A stretch of 64,000 nucleotides of DNA from Bacteroidota bacterium (lineage in GTDB: Bacteria > Bacteroidota > Ignavibacteria > UBA10030 > UBA6906): positions 766 through 64,765 of the forward strand of contig DASWHW010000056.1 of NCBI GenBank assembly GCA_036397975.1, read 5' to 3'. The notes below the pieces were generated by a model. That model was not told where the DNA came from, did not search any database, and saw only the letters and a list, made by a program, of their open reading frames with translations. This document shows, piece by piece, positions 48,217 through 58,400 of this stretch. A program made the position numbers and the translations under genes. How positions within the stretch are numbered: position 1 is the stretch's first letter; each line of letters opens with the position of its first letter.

Positions 48217-48915
48217 ATGTTCTCGCTTCATCAATCCCTCCTTCAACCGCTCGTTGAATTTGTTTTTCCTCCCCTTTGTGTATCCTGCCAACAATTGCGG
48301 TCCGACTCCTCTTCAAGGATTTGCAGCGAATGCTGGAGATCAATCAAGCCTCTTCAACTTGATGACATGTTATATCGAGAAACCCGGAACAAGCTGATCG
48401 CCACAGGTATGATTGACGAGATGGTGGCAACGTTCGAATTTGATGAGACCGGGCCACTACCCACCATTATTCATCAACTCAAATATGGGGGAATGTCAAC
48501 GCTTGGGGTTGAATTGGGACGATGTCTGGGGAAGCGTCTGCTAGATTCTCTCGACGATCCTTCTTCATGTTTGCTCGTGCCCGTTCCGCTCCATACAGTG
48601 AAATTGCGTGAACGTGGATATAATCAGAGTGCGTTCCTGTGTAAAGGAATTGCTGAAACCACCGACATCCCCATTGCCGCGTCTTTGAAACGAACACGGT
48701 ACACCCGCTCCCAGACAAAACTCTCTCGCGAGGAACGACAGGAGAATGTTGCTGGCGCATTTGAGGTTCGGAAGGATGTTCTCTTCGAACATAAGACGCT
48801 CATTCTTATCGACGATGTAATCACCACCGGGGCGACTACTGTCGAGTGCGCACGTGCTCTTCGGAATTACGGAGCAGAAAAGATTCTTGCAACGGCTATC
48901 GCTCTTGCTCCGTAG
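48217..48915 (+). CDS. comF: ComF family amidophosphoribosyltransferase-like protein
   Basis: CVSC...CSEC Zn ribbon, RGYNQS, LIDDVITTGAT. Confidence 0.92.
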   Translation: MFSLHQSLLQPLVEFVFPPLCVSCQQLRSDSSSRICSECWRSIKPLQLDDMLYRETRNKLIATGMIDEMVATFEFDETGPLPTIIHQLKYGGMSTLGVELGRCLGKRLLDSLDDPSSCLLVPVPLHTVKLRERGYNQSAFLCKGIAETTDIPIAASLKRTRYTRSQTKLSREERQENVAGAFEVRKDVLFEHKTLILIDDVITTGATTVECARALRNYGAEKILATAIALAP

Positions 48916-48935
48916 GCCTGCAGTCTGCCGTTTTC

Positions 48936-48964
48936 TTGACATTCAAGGCCTTTCTTGGTACATT
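48936..48964 (+). promoter_or_regulatory. gap-pgk promoter
   Basis: TTGACA-17 bp-TACATT with extended -10 TG. Confidence 0.7.
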
Positions 48965-49037
48965 TTTCGAGGTTTTTAAGGCATTTTCTTCAATTACATC
49001 GACTTTTTCTCACCTTTGAGATCTCATTAGGAGGTAG

Positions 49038-50033
<996 letters not shown>

Positions 50034-50043
50034 AAGGTTCATT

Positions 50044-50077
50044 CGGCTGCCCCTTCTTTTGAGGGCGCCGTTTTTTT
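50044..50077 (+). terminator. Attenuating hairpin between gap and pgk
   Basis: CGGC-T-GCCC...GGGC-GCCG followed by T7. Confidence 0.6.
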
Positions 50078-50088
50078 ATCCAGTCGCT

Positions 50089-51285
50089 ATGAATGTACTT
50101 ACAATTGACTCCGTTGCATTAAAGGGCAAACGCGTTCTTGTCCGAGTGGACTTCAACGTTCCGATGACAACCGAACTGAAGGTTGCGGATGACACCCGGC
50201 TTCTTGAGTCAATCCCGACAATTAACAAGATCCTTAGGGATGGAGGTATGGCGATACTGATGAGTCATCTCGGCCGTCCAAAAGGAAAACCGAATCCGGA
50301 GTTTTCCCTCAAACCGGTGGCAGAGCGGCTGGAGCAACTGCTCAAAACGCCTGTCAAGTTCTCACCGGATTGCGTTGGATCGGAAACATATCAGATGGTG
50401 CAGGATCTTCAACCGGGCGAATGCCTTCTGCTTGAGAATCTTCGTTTCTACGAAGATGAGGAAGAAAACGCTTCGAGTTTTGCAAATGAGCTTGCGACGT
50501 ATGGAGACCTCTACGTGAATGACGCGTTCGGGTCAGCGCATCGGGCACACGCCTCCACCGAGGGGGTAACGCAGTTTATTAAGCCATGCGTTGCCGGTTA
50601 CCTGATGGAAAAGGAAATTAATTTTCTTAGCAAAGCTGTCACGAATCCCCCCCGACCGTATATCGCCATTGTGGGAGGAGCAAAGATTTCAGGTAAAATC
50701 GATGTGATACAAAACCTTCTCCCAATTGTCGATGTATTGATTATTGGGGGAGGGATGGCGTTCACATTTTTTGCGGCGCAAGACATGGAGATTGGAGATT
50801 CGCTGGTGGAAGTGGAAAAGGTCCCTCTTGCAAGAAAGATCCTCAACGAAGCAAGGACAAAGAAACGCCGTCTGATACTGCCTCATGACTGCGTCATCGC
50901 GAAGAAGTTTGAGAATGATGCCACACGAAAGACTGTTCCTGTCTCACAGATTCCGCAAGGTTGGCGTGGACTGGACATTGGTCCGGATTCCTTGAAGATC
51001 ATGGGAATGGAAATAAAGAAGGCCAAAACGATCGTATGGAACGGCCCAATGGGTGTTTTTGAAATGCCCAACTTCGCCCATGGTACCTTCGAAATCGCCA
51101 GAATGCTGGCTGCGGCGACGAAGACGGGGGCGACCACAATAGTCGGTGGCGGAGATTCTGCCGCCGCAATTGCACTCGCCGGTTTGGAACAACAAGTATC
51201 GCACGTATCAACCGGTGGTGGTGCTTCGCTTGAGTTCCTCGAAGGCAAGAAACTGCCCGGTGTAGAGGCACTGGACAAGGCATGA
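50089..51285 (+). CDS. pgk: Phosphoglycerate kinase
   Basis: RVDFNVP, SHLGRP, LLENLRF, WNGPMGVFE, STGGGASLE. Confidence 0.98.
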   Translation: MNVLTIDSVALKGKRVLVRVDFNVPMTTELKVADDTRLLESIPTINKILRDGGMAILMSHLGRPKGKPNPEFSLKPVAERLEQLLKTPVKFSPDCVGSETYQMVQDLQPGECLLLENLRFYEDEEENASSFANELATYGDLYVNDAFGSAHRAHASTEGVTQFIKPCVAGYLMEKEINFLSKAVTNPPRPYIAIVGGAKISGKIDVIQNLLPIVDVLIIGGGMAFTFFAAQDMEIGDSLVEVEKVPLARKILNEARTKKRRLILPHDCVIAKKFENDATRKTVPVSQIPQGWRGLDIGPDSLKIMGMEIKKAKTIVWNGPMGVFEMPNFAHGTFEIARMLAAATKTGATTIVGGGDSAAAIALAGLEQQVSHVSTGGGASLEFLEGKKLPGVEALDKA

Positions 51286-51347
51286 AACGAATTAAGTGAG
51301 AGGAAGGTTGTATTTGGTGATGCTTGAAATTTCGCAGGGGATTGTTC

Positions 51348-52280
51348 ATGGCGTTTTATGATACATCGTCCGGTGGATACTACCGGCCGCCTTCATTTGG
51401 GGGATTCAGCTTTTTTCCCCCGGTCATCAAGTGGCTGTTAATAACTAACGGCGCCATGTGGCTCCTGACGGCGATTGTCCTCCGTCCATTTAGCATTGGC
51501 GGCACATCGCTTGTGTCCTATCTCTTGGGACTATTTGCCCTGTGGCCTGTCGATCTCGGTTTTTCCTCCCTGACTTCTTTTTGGCCGTGGCAGTTGGTGA
51601 CGTACACATTTCTCCATGCTGACTTTTGGCATGTGTTTTTTAACATGCTCATGCTCTGGATGTTCGGGATGGAGATCGAAAATCTCTGGGGTTCAAAAAA
51701 GTTTCTGGTTTTCTACTTACTCTCCGGCATTGCTGGTGGACTTGCGAATCTTCTGATCGCAGGGATTATGGGAAGTGCTTTTCCTACGATTGGAGCTTCC
51801 GGCTCCGTCTTCGGGGTACTCGTCGCCTTCGGGATGCTCTTCCCGAATCGACCGGTGTACCTTTATTTCCTTCTTCCAGTCCCTGCGAAGTGGCTCATCG
51901 CAGGCATGGTTGGGATCAATCTCTTCTACGGAGTTTTCGGCGGCGGAGGTAATGTTGCATACTTCGCCCACCTGGGAGGTGCGGCGTTTGGTTTCCTGTA
52001 TATGCTCGGCGAAATGAATTATATTCCGACCAAGACCTGGTGGACAAATATCCGGGAGGCCTTCAGTGGTCCGCCGCAACGAACCAAATCCTTCCGAGGA
52101 GATAAGGTGCAGGAGGGAAAGTTTTACGACATTCGATCCGGTCGACCAATAGAGAAAGAGCAGGAAGTCACACAGGAAGTTATTGACGCAATTCTTGACA
52201 AGATCAGCACGGGAGGGTATCAAAACCTCTCCGCAGAGGAAAAACGAATTCTCAACGAGGCAAGTAGAAAGATACACTGA
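51348..52280 (+). CDS. Rhomboid intramembrane serine protease with C-terminal soluble domain
   Basis: WQLVTYTFLH, HVFFNM, GASGSVFG, AHLGG. Confidence 0.93.
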   Translation: MAFYDTSSGGYYRPPSFGGFSFFPPVIKWLLITNGAMWLLTAIVLRPFSIGGTSLVSYLLGLFALWPVDLGFSSLTSFWPWQLVTYTFLHADFWHVFFNMLMLWMFGMEIENLWGSKKFLVFYLLSGIAGGLANLLIAGIMGSAFPTIGASGSVFGVLVAFGMLFPNRPVYLYFLLPVPAKWLIAGMVGINLFYGVFGGGGNVAYFAHLGGAAFGFLYMLGEMNYIPTKTWWTNIREAFSGPPQRTKSFRGDKVQEGKFYDIRSGRPIEKEQEVTQEVIDAILDKISTGGYQNLSAEEKRILNEASRKIH

Positions 52281-53405
52281 ATGATGGAATTACCAGTTCT
52301 CAACACGAACGGAGCAACTCTCCCGCACCAGACGTACAAAGTTGGTGTTCGGCGTCAGACGCGGCAAGTTGTTATTGGATCGATCAAAGTCGGCGGAGGC
52401 GCACCCATTTCCGTCCAAACGATGACGAAGACCAAAACGAGTGATGTTGCAGGCACGGTGAAGCAAATTGTCCAGGCCGCGGATGCTGGATGCGACATCG
52501 TACGTGTTACGGTGAACGACAAAGAAGCTGCCGATGCAATGAAGTCGATTGTGCAGCAATCGCCGATTCCCATCGTTGCGGATATTCACTTCAACCACAT
52601 CTTTGCCCTGAAGTCGATAGAAGCGGGAGTTGCAAAGGTTCGTCTCAACCCAGGCAACATCGGCAACCAGCATAGAATTCACCAGGTTTTGGGCGCGGCG
52701 CGTGACAAAGGAATCCCCATTCGCATCGGTGTCAACTCCGGTTCTCTGGAAGAAGACATTCTTGACAAGCACGGTTATCCTACGGCCGAGGCGCTGTACG
52801 AAAGCGCAATGAGGCATGTCGGCATTTGCGAGGATTTTGGTTTTCGAGATGTGATCATATCGGTGAAATCGACTGACGTGAAGCTGATGATCGAAGCGTA
52901 TCGGTTGGTCGCCGAGCGAACGGATATTCCTCTTCATCTCGGGGTAACGGAAGCAGGCACTGCCAGGATCGGCACAATCAAGTCGGCAGTGGGTATTGGC
53001 ACATTGCTCGCCGAGGGTATTGGCGATACGATTCGTGTTTCTCTCACCGATGAACCGGTGAAGGAAGTGGAAGTAGGGAAGGAAATCCTCCGATCCCTGG
53101 GGCTCGCTTCAAGAAATATCGAGTTAATCGCATGTCCTACTTGCGGTCGGCTGGAAGTAGATCTTTTCGCGATCATGGCAGAACTGGAAAAAAGGCTGGA
53201 GGGGATCAAGAAACCGGTGAAGATTGCGGTCCTTGGTTGCGTGGTCAATGGGCCGGGGGAAGCAAGCGAAGCAGATATCGGGATTGCGGCGGGCAAAGGA
53301 GTTGGAATTCTCTACCGGAAGGGGGAGGTCGTTCGCAGAATCAAAGAAGAAGAGATTGTCGACGCGATCGTTGAAGAGGTTCACAAATTCCAACCGGAAG
53401 AATAA
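52281..53405 (+). CDS. ispG: (E)-4-hydroxy-3-methylbut-2-enyl-diphosphate synthase
   Basis: VQTMTKT, ADIHF, PLHLGVTEAG, GDTIRVSL, CPTCGR, GCVVNGPGE. Confidence 0.97.
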   Translation: MMELPVLNTNGATLPHQTYKVGVRRQTRQVVIGSIKVGGGAPISVQTMTKTKTSDVAGTVKQIVQAADAGCDIVRVTVNDKEAADAMKSIVQQSPIPIVADIHFNHIFALKSIEAGVAKVRLNPGNIGNQHRIHQVLGAARDKGIPIRIGVNSGSLEEDILDKHGYPTAEALYESAMRHVGICEDFGFRDVIISVKSTDVKLMIEAYRLVAERTDIPLHLGVTEAGTARIGTIKSAVGIGTLLAEGIGDTIRVSLTDEPVKEVEVGKEILRSLGLASRNIELIACPTCGRLEVDLFAIMAELEKRLEGIKKPVKIAVLGCVVNGPGEASEADIGIAAGKGVGILYRKGEVVRRIKEEEIVDAIVEEVHKFQPEE

Positions 53406-53498
53406 GTCCCTGCATTCCCTCCCGCGATCGAACGGGATCCGTTCTTGAGTGTTTCATCCATCAACACTCCTCACAGAGACCAAACTATTTAGCAATAC

Positions 53499-54296
53499 GT
53501 GTCAAACACACTTAACATTCTTTTTGTTGGCGACATCGTGGGAACTCCCGGGCTGGAAGTTGCCACGACGATGGTCCCAAACTATGTAAAAAAATACAGC
53601 GTCGATCTTCTAGTCATCAACGGAGAAAACACAACAGAGGGAAAGGGGATCTCCGAAGAGCACGCAAAGAAATTGTTTGAACTCGGTGCTCACGTCATTA
53701 CCACGGGGAATCACGTGTGGGATCGGTGGGACAGCCGCAAGGTTCTTGGAGGAGATCGGAGAATTCTCCGCCCGCTGAACTATCCACGCGAGAACGGCGG
53801 CAATGGTTTCATTGTGATCGACTTGGGAGAAAAGGGAAAAGCCGGCGTGCTCAACATCCAGGGGCGGGTGTACATGCAAGCAATCGATGACCCATTCCGG
53901 AGCGCCGACTGGGCCATTTCCAAAATGGCAGAGCAAACGAAGATCGTTCTTGTGGATTTCCATGCGGATGCAAGCGCTGAAAAGATGGCGATGGGTTGGT
54001 ACCTCGACGGGAAAGTCACAGCGATTCTCGGCACGCACACACACACTCCCACGGCCGATGGACGTATTCTCCCCCGCGGCACGGCATTTCAATCAGATGT
54101 GGGGATGACCGGGCCATACGACTCGGTGCTAGGCATGAAAAAAGAAGCTGCCATTAAGCGCCTGATGATGCAAACCCCGCACAAGTATGAGGTCGCCTCG
54201 CATGATGTACGCTTGTGCGGCGTCTATGTGCAAGCTGATGTTGAGACGGGGAAAGCCGTGAAGATGGAAAGCATTATTTTTCCGGCATTCGGCTGA
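53499..54296 (+). CDS. YmdB/TIGR00282 metallophosphoesterase
   Basis: GDIVG, NGEN, TGNH, DFHADASAEK, GTHTH, DVGMTG. Confidence 0.93.
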   Translation: MSNTLNILFVGDIVGTPGLEVATTMVPNYVKKYSVDLLVINGENTTEGKGISEEHAKKLFELGAHVITTGNHVWDRWDSRKVLGGDRRILRPLNYPRENGGNGFIVIDLGEKGKAGVLNIQGRVYMQAIDDPFRSADWAISKMAEQTKIVLVDFHADASAEKMAMGWYLDGKVTAILGTHTHTPTADGRILPRGTAFQSDVGMTGPYDSVLGMKKEAAIKRLMMQTPHKYEVASHDVRLCGVYVQADVETGKAVKMESIIFPAFG

Positions 54297-54301
54297 GCGC
54301 G

Positions 54302-55189
54302 ATGGGTGCTGCGATCATCGACGGACGGAAGATTGCCAGAGACATTCGTGCAGAAGTCAAAGCCGCGACAGAGATTCTTCGAACAAACCGCAACATCACT
54401 CCCGGTTTAGCATTCATTATCGTTGGCGACAATCCTGCCTCGCAGGTGTACGTGCGGGCAAAGGAGAAAGCCTGTACCGAAATGGGTTTTCACTCAGTCA
54501 CCGAACGTCTCCCGGCAACAACTACCGAAACTGAGCTTCTTGTGCTGATCAAACGATTTAACGCCGATGCGACTCTCCATGGCATTCTTGTGCAGCTTCC
54601 GCTTCCATCCCATATTAGCGAACACACCGTGATTGAAGCGATTGACTATCGAAAGGATGTCGATGGTTTTCATCCGGTGAATGTAGGACGTCTCGTTATC
54701 GGGCAACCATCGCTGCGTCCGTGCACGCCAGCCGGCGTGCAGGAGCTTCTGACGAGAAGCGGAAACGATCCTGCAGGAAAACACGTGGTTGTTCTCGGCA
54801 GAAGTAATATTGTCGGAAAGCCTCTGGCCAATATCCTCCTGCAAAAACAATCGGGTGCAAATGCCGTAGTGACAATTGCGCATACGGGCGCGAAAGATTT
54901 TGCCGCTTTCACGACAAAGGCGGACATCGTGGTTGCGGCAATCGGTAGGCCAGAAATGCTCACTGGCGCCATGCTGAGGAAGGGGTGCGTTGTTATCGAT
55001 GTGGGGATCAACCGGATTCCGGATCAGTCTACGGCCTCCGGTTATCGCCTCGTCGGCGATGTGCATTTTCAGTCAGCGGAGAAGATCGCCTCTGCCATTA
55101 CACCTGTTCCGGGGGGTGTTGGTCCGATGACTATCGCTTTGCTCATGCGTAATACTCTGCTCGCTGCAGAGGGGACTTTGTACGGATAA
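54302..55189 (+). CDS. folD: Bifunctional methylene-THF dehydrogenase/cyclohydrolase
   Basis: KDVDGFHP, PCTP, GRSNIVGKP, PVPGGVGPMT. Confidence 0.97.
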   Translation: MGAAIIDGRKIARDIRAEVKAATEILRTNRNITPGLAFIIVGDNPASQVYVRAKEKACTEMGFHSVTERLPATTTETELLVLIKRFNADATLHGILVQLPLPSHISEHTVIEAIDYRKDVDGFHPVNVGRLVIGQPSLRPCTPAGVQELLTRSGNDPAGKHVVVLGRSNIVGKPLANILLQKQSGANAVVTIAHTGAKDFAAFTTKADIVVAAIGRPEMLTGAMLRKGCVVIDVGINRIPDQSTASGYRLVGDVHFQSAEKIASAITPVPGGVGPMTIALLMRNTLLAAEGTLYG

Positions 55190-55193
55190 CGTC

Positions 55194-56162
55194 TTGAGAT
55201 TTTTCGCATCGGTCGTTCTCCTCTCGGTTCTCCTTCCCTCGTGCGCTCGCCATGATGATGGCGGCCCTCTTTTTCCCGTGATCGTCGAAAAGAAAGGGGG
55301 GTACATCAATCGTGGTGGCGATGTCGTTATCAAGCCAAAGTTTGATATACCCGGCAGCTTTGTTGACAGCATCGCCGTGGTGAAAATCCTCGGCCTCTAC
55401 GCATACATCAATCGGTCAGGTGGATATGTTGTTGATCCTAAGTTTGAATTCGGAGAAGACTTCGCCGAAGGACTTGCCTACGTGCGTGTGAACGGCAAGG
55501 GTGGATTTATTGATCGCAACGGAAAGATCGTGATTGAGCCGGAGTATAATTTCGGGGACAGGTTTTCTGAAGGCCTTGCCCGTGTCATGGTGAACGGGAA
55601 ATATGGCTACGTGGACAAAAGGGGTGAGTATCAAATAAATCCATCATTTGATGTAGCGGATGATTTTGTTGAAGGTCGTGCCCGGGTGCGTGTAGGAAAG
55701 CAATGGGGTTTTGTAGGGCGTCATGGAAAGTTCGTGGTGGAACCGATCTTTGAAGACGCCCGCAACTTCTCAGAGGGGTTGGCTGCAGTGAAGACGAAAA
55801 AATTATGGGGATGCATTGATACCCTGGGCCAGGTTATAATCCGTCCGCGATTTCACGACGCGAAGACCTTCAGCGAAGGTCTCCTCGCTGTCCAAGAGGA
55901 TTCGCTCTGGGGTTTTGTTGGGAACACCGGAACGATGGTCATTCTGTTTCGATACCGCGATGCGCTGCCATTTTCAGAAGGCCTGGCGGCGGTGAAGTCC
56001 GCTGCAGGATGGGGGTTCGTGACGAGGGGTGGAGAGGAAGTAATTCCGCTGCAATTCGATAAGAGCTGGTCTTTCAAAGATAGTCTTGCGGCAGTGTTTA
56101 TCGAGGGGGAGTGGGGATATGTCGACCATTCGGGCGCATATGTCTGGGAGCCATCCCATTGA
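55194..56162 (+). CDS. WG-repeat (KWG) beta-repeat lipoprotein
   Basis: Lipobox LLPSC; repeated FSEGLAxV...KWG(F/Y)ID units. Confidence 0.9.
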   Translation: MRFFASVVLLSVLLPSCARHDDGGPLFPVIVEKKGGYINRGGDVVIKPKFDIPGSFVDSIAVVKILGLYAYINRSGGYVVDPKFEFGEDFAEGLAYVRVNGKGGFIDRNGKIVIEPEYNFGDRFSEGLARVMVNGKYGYVDKRGEYQINPSFDVADDFVEGRARVRVGKQWGFVGRHGKFVVEPIFEDARNFSEGLAAVKTKKLWGCIDTLGQVIIRPRFHDAKTFSEGLLAVQEDSLWGFVGNTGTMVILFRYRDALPFSEGLAAVKSAAGWGFVTRGGEEVIPLQFDKSWSFKDSLAAVFIEGEWGYVDHSGAYVWEPSH

Positions 56163-56686
56163 CGACGACTATCGGATTTATTATTGCAGGTATTGCGCTT
56201 CTCGTGTATGGCCGTAAACTCTTCTGGCTCGTAGTCGGGGCGTCCGGTTTCCTTGTTGGAGTCACAGTTAGTACCCGATTGTTCCATGATCAACCGGAGT
56301 CGGCTCTGATTGTTATCGGTTTGGCGGTTGGCGCACTCGGGGCCATACTTGCAATCCTCGTGCAAAAAATTGCAATCGGTCTTGCGGGGTTTCTTGTGGG
56401 AGGGTATGGGGCGTACCGGTTGCTGGAGTTCCTCTCGTTGTCCTCCGACTCCCAAATGATGCTCTGGCTCCCGCTTCTTGTTGGCGGCGTGCTCGGCCTG
56501 GCAATTGCTCTTTTCATGTTCGAATGGGCATTGGTGGTTCTATCGTCCATGATGGGTTCGGCACTCATCGTGTACGCGACGCAACCTGAGGGGCAGGGTG
56601 CTTCGGTCGTTTTCATTGTTCTCTTCATTCTGGGGTTGGTGATCCAATCAAAGCTGATCGCCAGAAAGAAAGCAGAGAAGGAGTAA
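56159..56686 (+). CDS. Polytopic membrane protein (DUF4203-like)
   Basis: YGRKLFW, Gly-rich TM helices; TTG start overlapping the previous stop. Confidence 0.75.
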   Translation: MTTTIGFIIAGIALLVYGRKLFWLVVGASGFLVGVTVSTRLFHDQPESALIVIGLAVGALGAILAILVQKIAIGLAGFLVGGYGAYRLLEFLSLSSDSQMMLWLPLLVGGVLGLAIALFMFEWALVVLSSMMGSALIVYATQPEGQGASVVFIVLFILGLVIQSKLIARKKAEKE

Positions 56687-56751
56687 AGGCCGTCATTTTT
56701 CTCTTCCCCGCTTTCTGCGTATATTGAAACAACGATAACTCATCTGGATGA

Positions 56752-58320
56752 ATGTTGGTTCGGTCAATCCTTTCGTATTTCCGCAAATTATTTCGCCCGT
56801 CTGATCATGTTCCGGCAAGGGATTCCGCTCACGATTCACCGCAAAAGAAAACAGAAACACACGTAGGGGAGCGCACAGGCCATCCTCAGAGCCGTCGTCC
56901 GAGACGGCCCCGGAAAAGTCATCGCACTGATCGGTCTTCAGATACCTCGAAGCAAGCCCGACCAACATCGCGGAAGTATCCCCCGGCTGATGAAGTGGCC
57001 TCGCTGGAAACGCCCTGGGATATTGCAGAATATCAGGTTCCTATTGTCGAAGGAAAGACGCGTTTCCACGATTTTGATCTCCCCCTACCGGTCATGCATG
57101 CGATCGCCGATCTCGGCTTCCAATACTGCACTCCCATTCAGGCGGAGATTCTTCCGAGTGTTCTTCAGGGCAAGGACGCGAAAGGAAAAGCGCAAACAGG
57201 GACGGGCAAGACGGCGGCATTTCTCATTGGGATTCTGACGCACCTTGTCCGTCATCCAATTGAAGGGCACAGAAAGAACGGTACTCCACGTGCGTTGGTC
57301 ATCGCGCCCACCCGCGAACTTGCGATCCAGATTGAACAAGAGTCCGTCATCCTTGCGAAGTACCTTCGCTGCAAATCTGTTGCCGTCTACGGAGGGATGG
57401 ATTATCAGAAGCAGAGACGAAAGCTTTCAGAACGGGTCGTTGATATCGTGATTGCGACGCCCGGACGATTGATCGATTTCAAGAATAAAAGGGATATCGA
57501 TCTTCGTGAAGTGGAAATCCTGGTGATCGATGAAGCGGACAGAATGCTCGACATGGGATTTATTCCCGATACACGAAAGATCGTGCTCAGTACACCCCAC
57601 AAAGACAAACGGCAGACGATGTTCTTTAGCGCGACGTTTAACCCTGACGTTCATCGTCTTGCCTTGAGCTGGACACGAGATGCGGTCACTGTCGAGATCG
57701 ATCCCGAACAAGTTGCTGTCGACACGGTGGAGCAGGTTATTTATATCACGACATCCGACGAGAAATTTACGCTGCTCTACAATCTGATGAATCAGCAGAA
57801 CCTTTCTCGCGTGATCGTGTTTGGCAATCGACGAGATGAGACCCGGGAACTTCAGCGTGAGTTGAGTTCGCGAGGCATCAACTGCGGACTCCTTTCGGGT
57901 GAAGTCAGTCAGCACGAGAGATTGCGCACGCTTGAGAGTCTGCGGGACGGCACGCTTCGGGTGCTCGTTGCGACAGACGTGGCGGCGCGCGGCCTGCATA
58001 TCAGCGGTGTCAGCCACGTAATTAACTACAACCTGCCACTGGATCCGGAGGACTATGTCCACCGAATTGGGAGGACCGGTCGTGCAGGTGAGCTGGGGAT
58101 ATCGGTAAGCTTCGCATGCGAGGATGATGGAACGCAGATTCCGTTGATCGAGGAATTCATCGGGAGAAAGCTGCCGTGTGTGTACCCGGACGAAACGCTC
58201 CTCCAGCAGGTTCCGCCACCCAGTGTAGAGCCTTCTGTGCCAAAGTTCGAAGAAGAAAAAGACCGACGCAATCGGCGTCGTCCTCCGCGAAGACGAAATC
58301 GCGGACCGCGAAACAACTAG
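56752..58320 (+). CDS. rhlB: DEAD-box RNA helicase, RhlB-like
   Basis: EGKTRFHDF, CTPIQ, AQTGTGKT, PTRELA, DEAD, SAT, HRIGRTGR. Confidence 0.85.
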   Translation: MLVRSILSYFRKLFRPSDHVPARDSAHDSPQKKTETHVGERTGHPQSRRPRRPRKSHRTDRSSDTSKQARPTSRKYPPADEVASLETPWDIAEYQVPIVEGKTRFHDFDLPLPVMHAIADLGFQYCTPIQAEILPSVLQGKDAKGKAQTGTGKTAAFLIGILTHLVRHPIEGHRKNGTPRALVIAPTRELAIQIEQESVILAKYLRCKSVAVYGGMDYQKQRRKLSERVVDIVIATPGRLIDFKNKRDIDLREVEILVIDEADRMLDMGFIPDTRKIVLSTPHKDKRQTMFFSATFNPDVHRLALSWTRDAVTVEIDPEQVAVDTVEQVIYITTSDEKFTLLYNLMNQQNLSRVIVFGNRRDETRELQRELSSRGINCGLLSGEVSQHERLRTLESLRDGTLRVLVATDVAARGLHISGVSHVINYNLPLDPEDYVHRIGRTGRAGELGISVSFACEDDGTQIPLIEEFIGRKLPCVYPDETLLQQVPPPSVEPSVPKFEEEKDRRNRRRPPRRRNRGPRNN

Positions 58321-58400
58321 CAATAAACTGGCCGGTGCTCACTGAGTCCATCCCGCCAACCCACAATCGAACAACTTATCATTTCGAAAAGGACACCATC

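Noticed and set aside
57427-58323. 298-aa antisense ORF
   Set aside because: Shadow ORF opposite the DEAD-box helicase; no motifs
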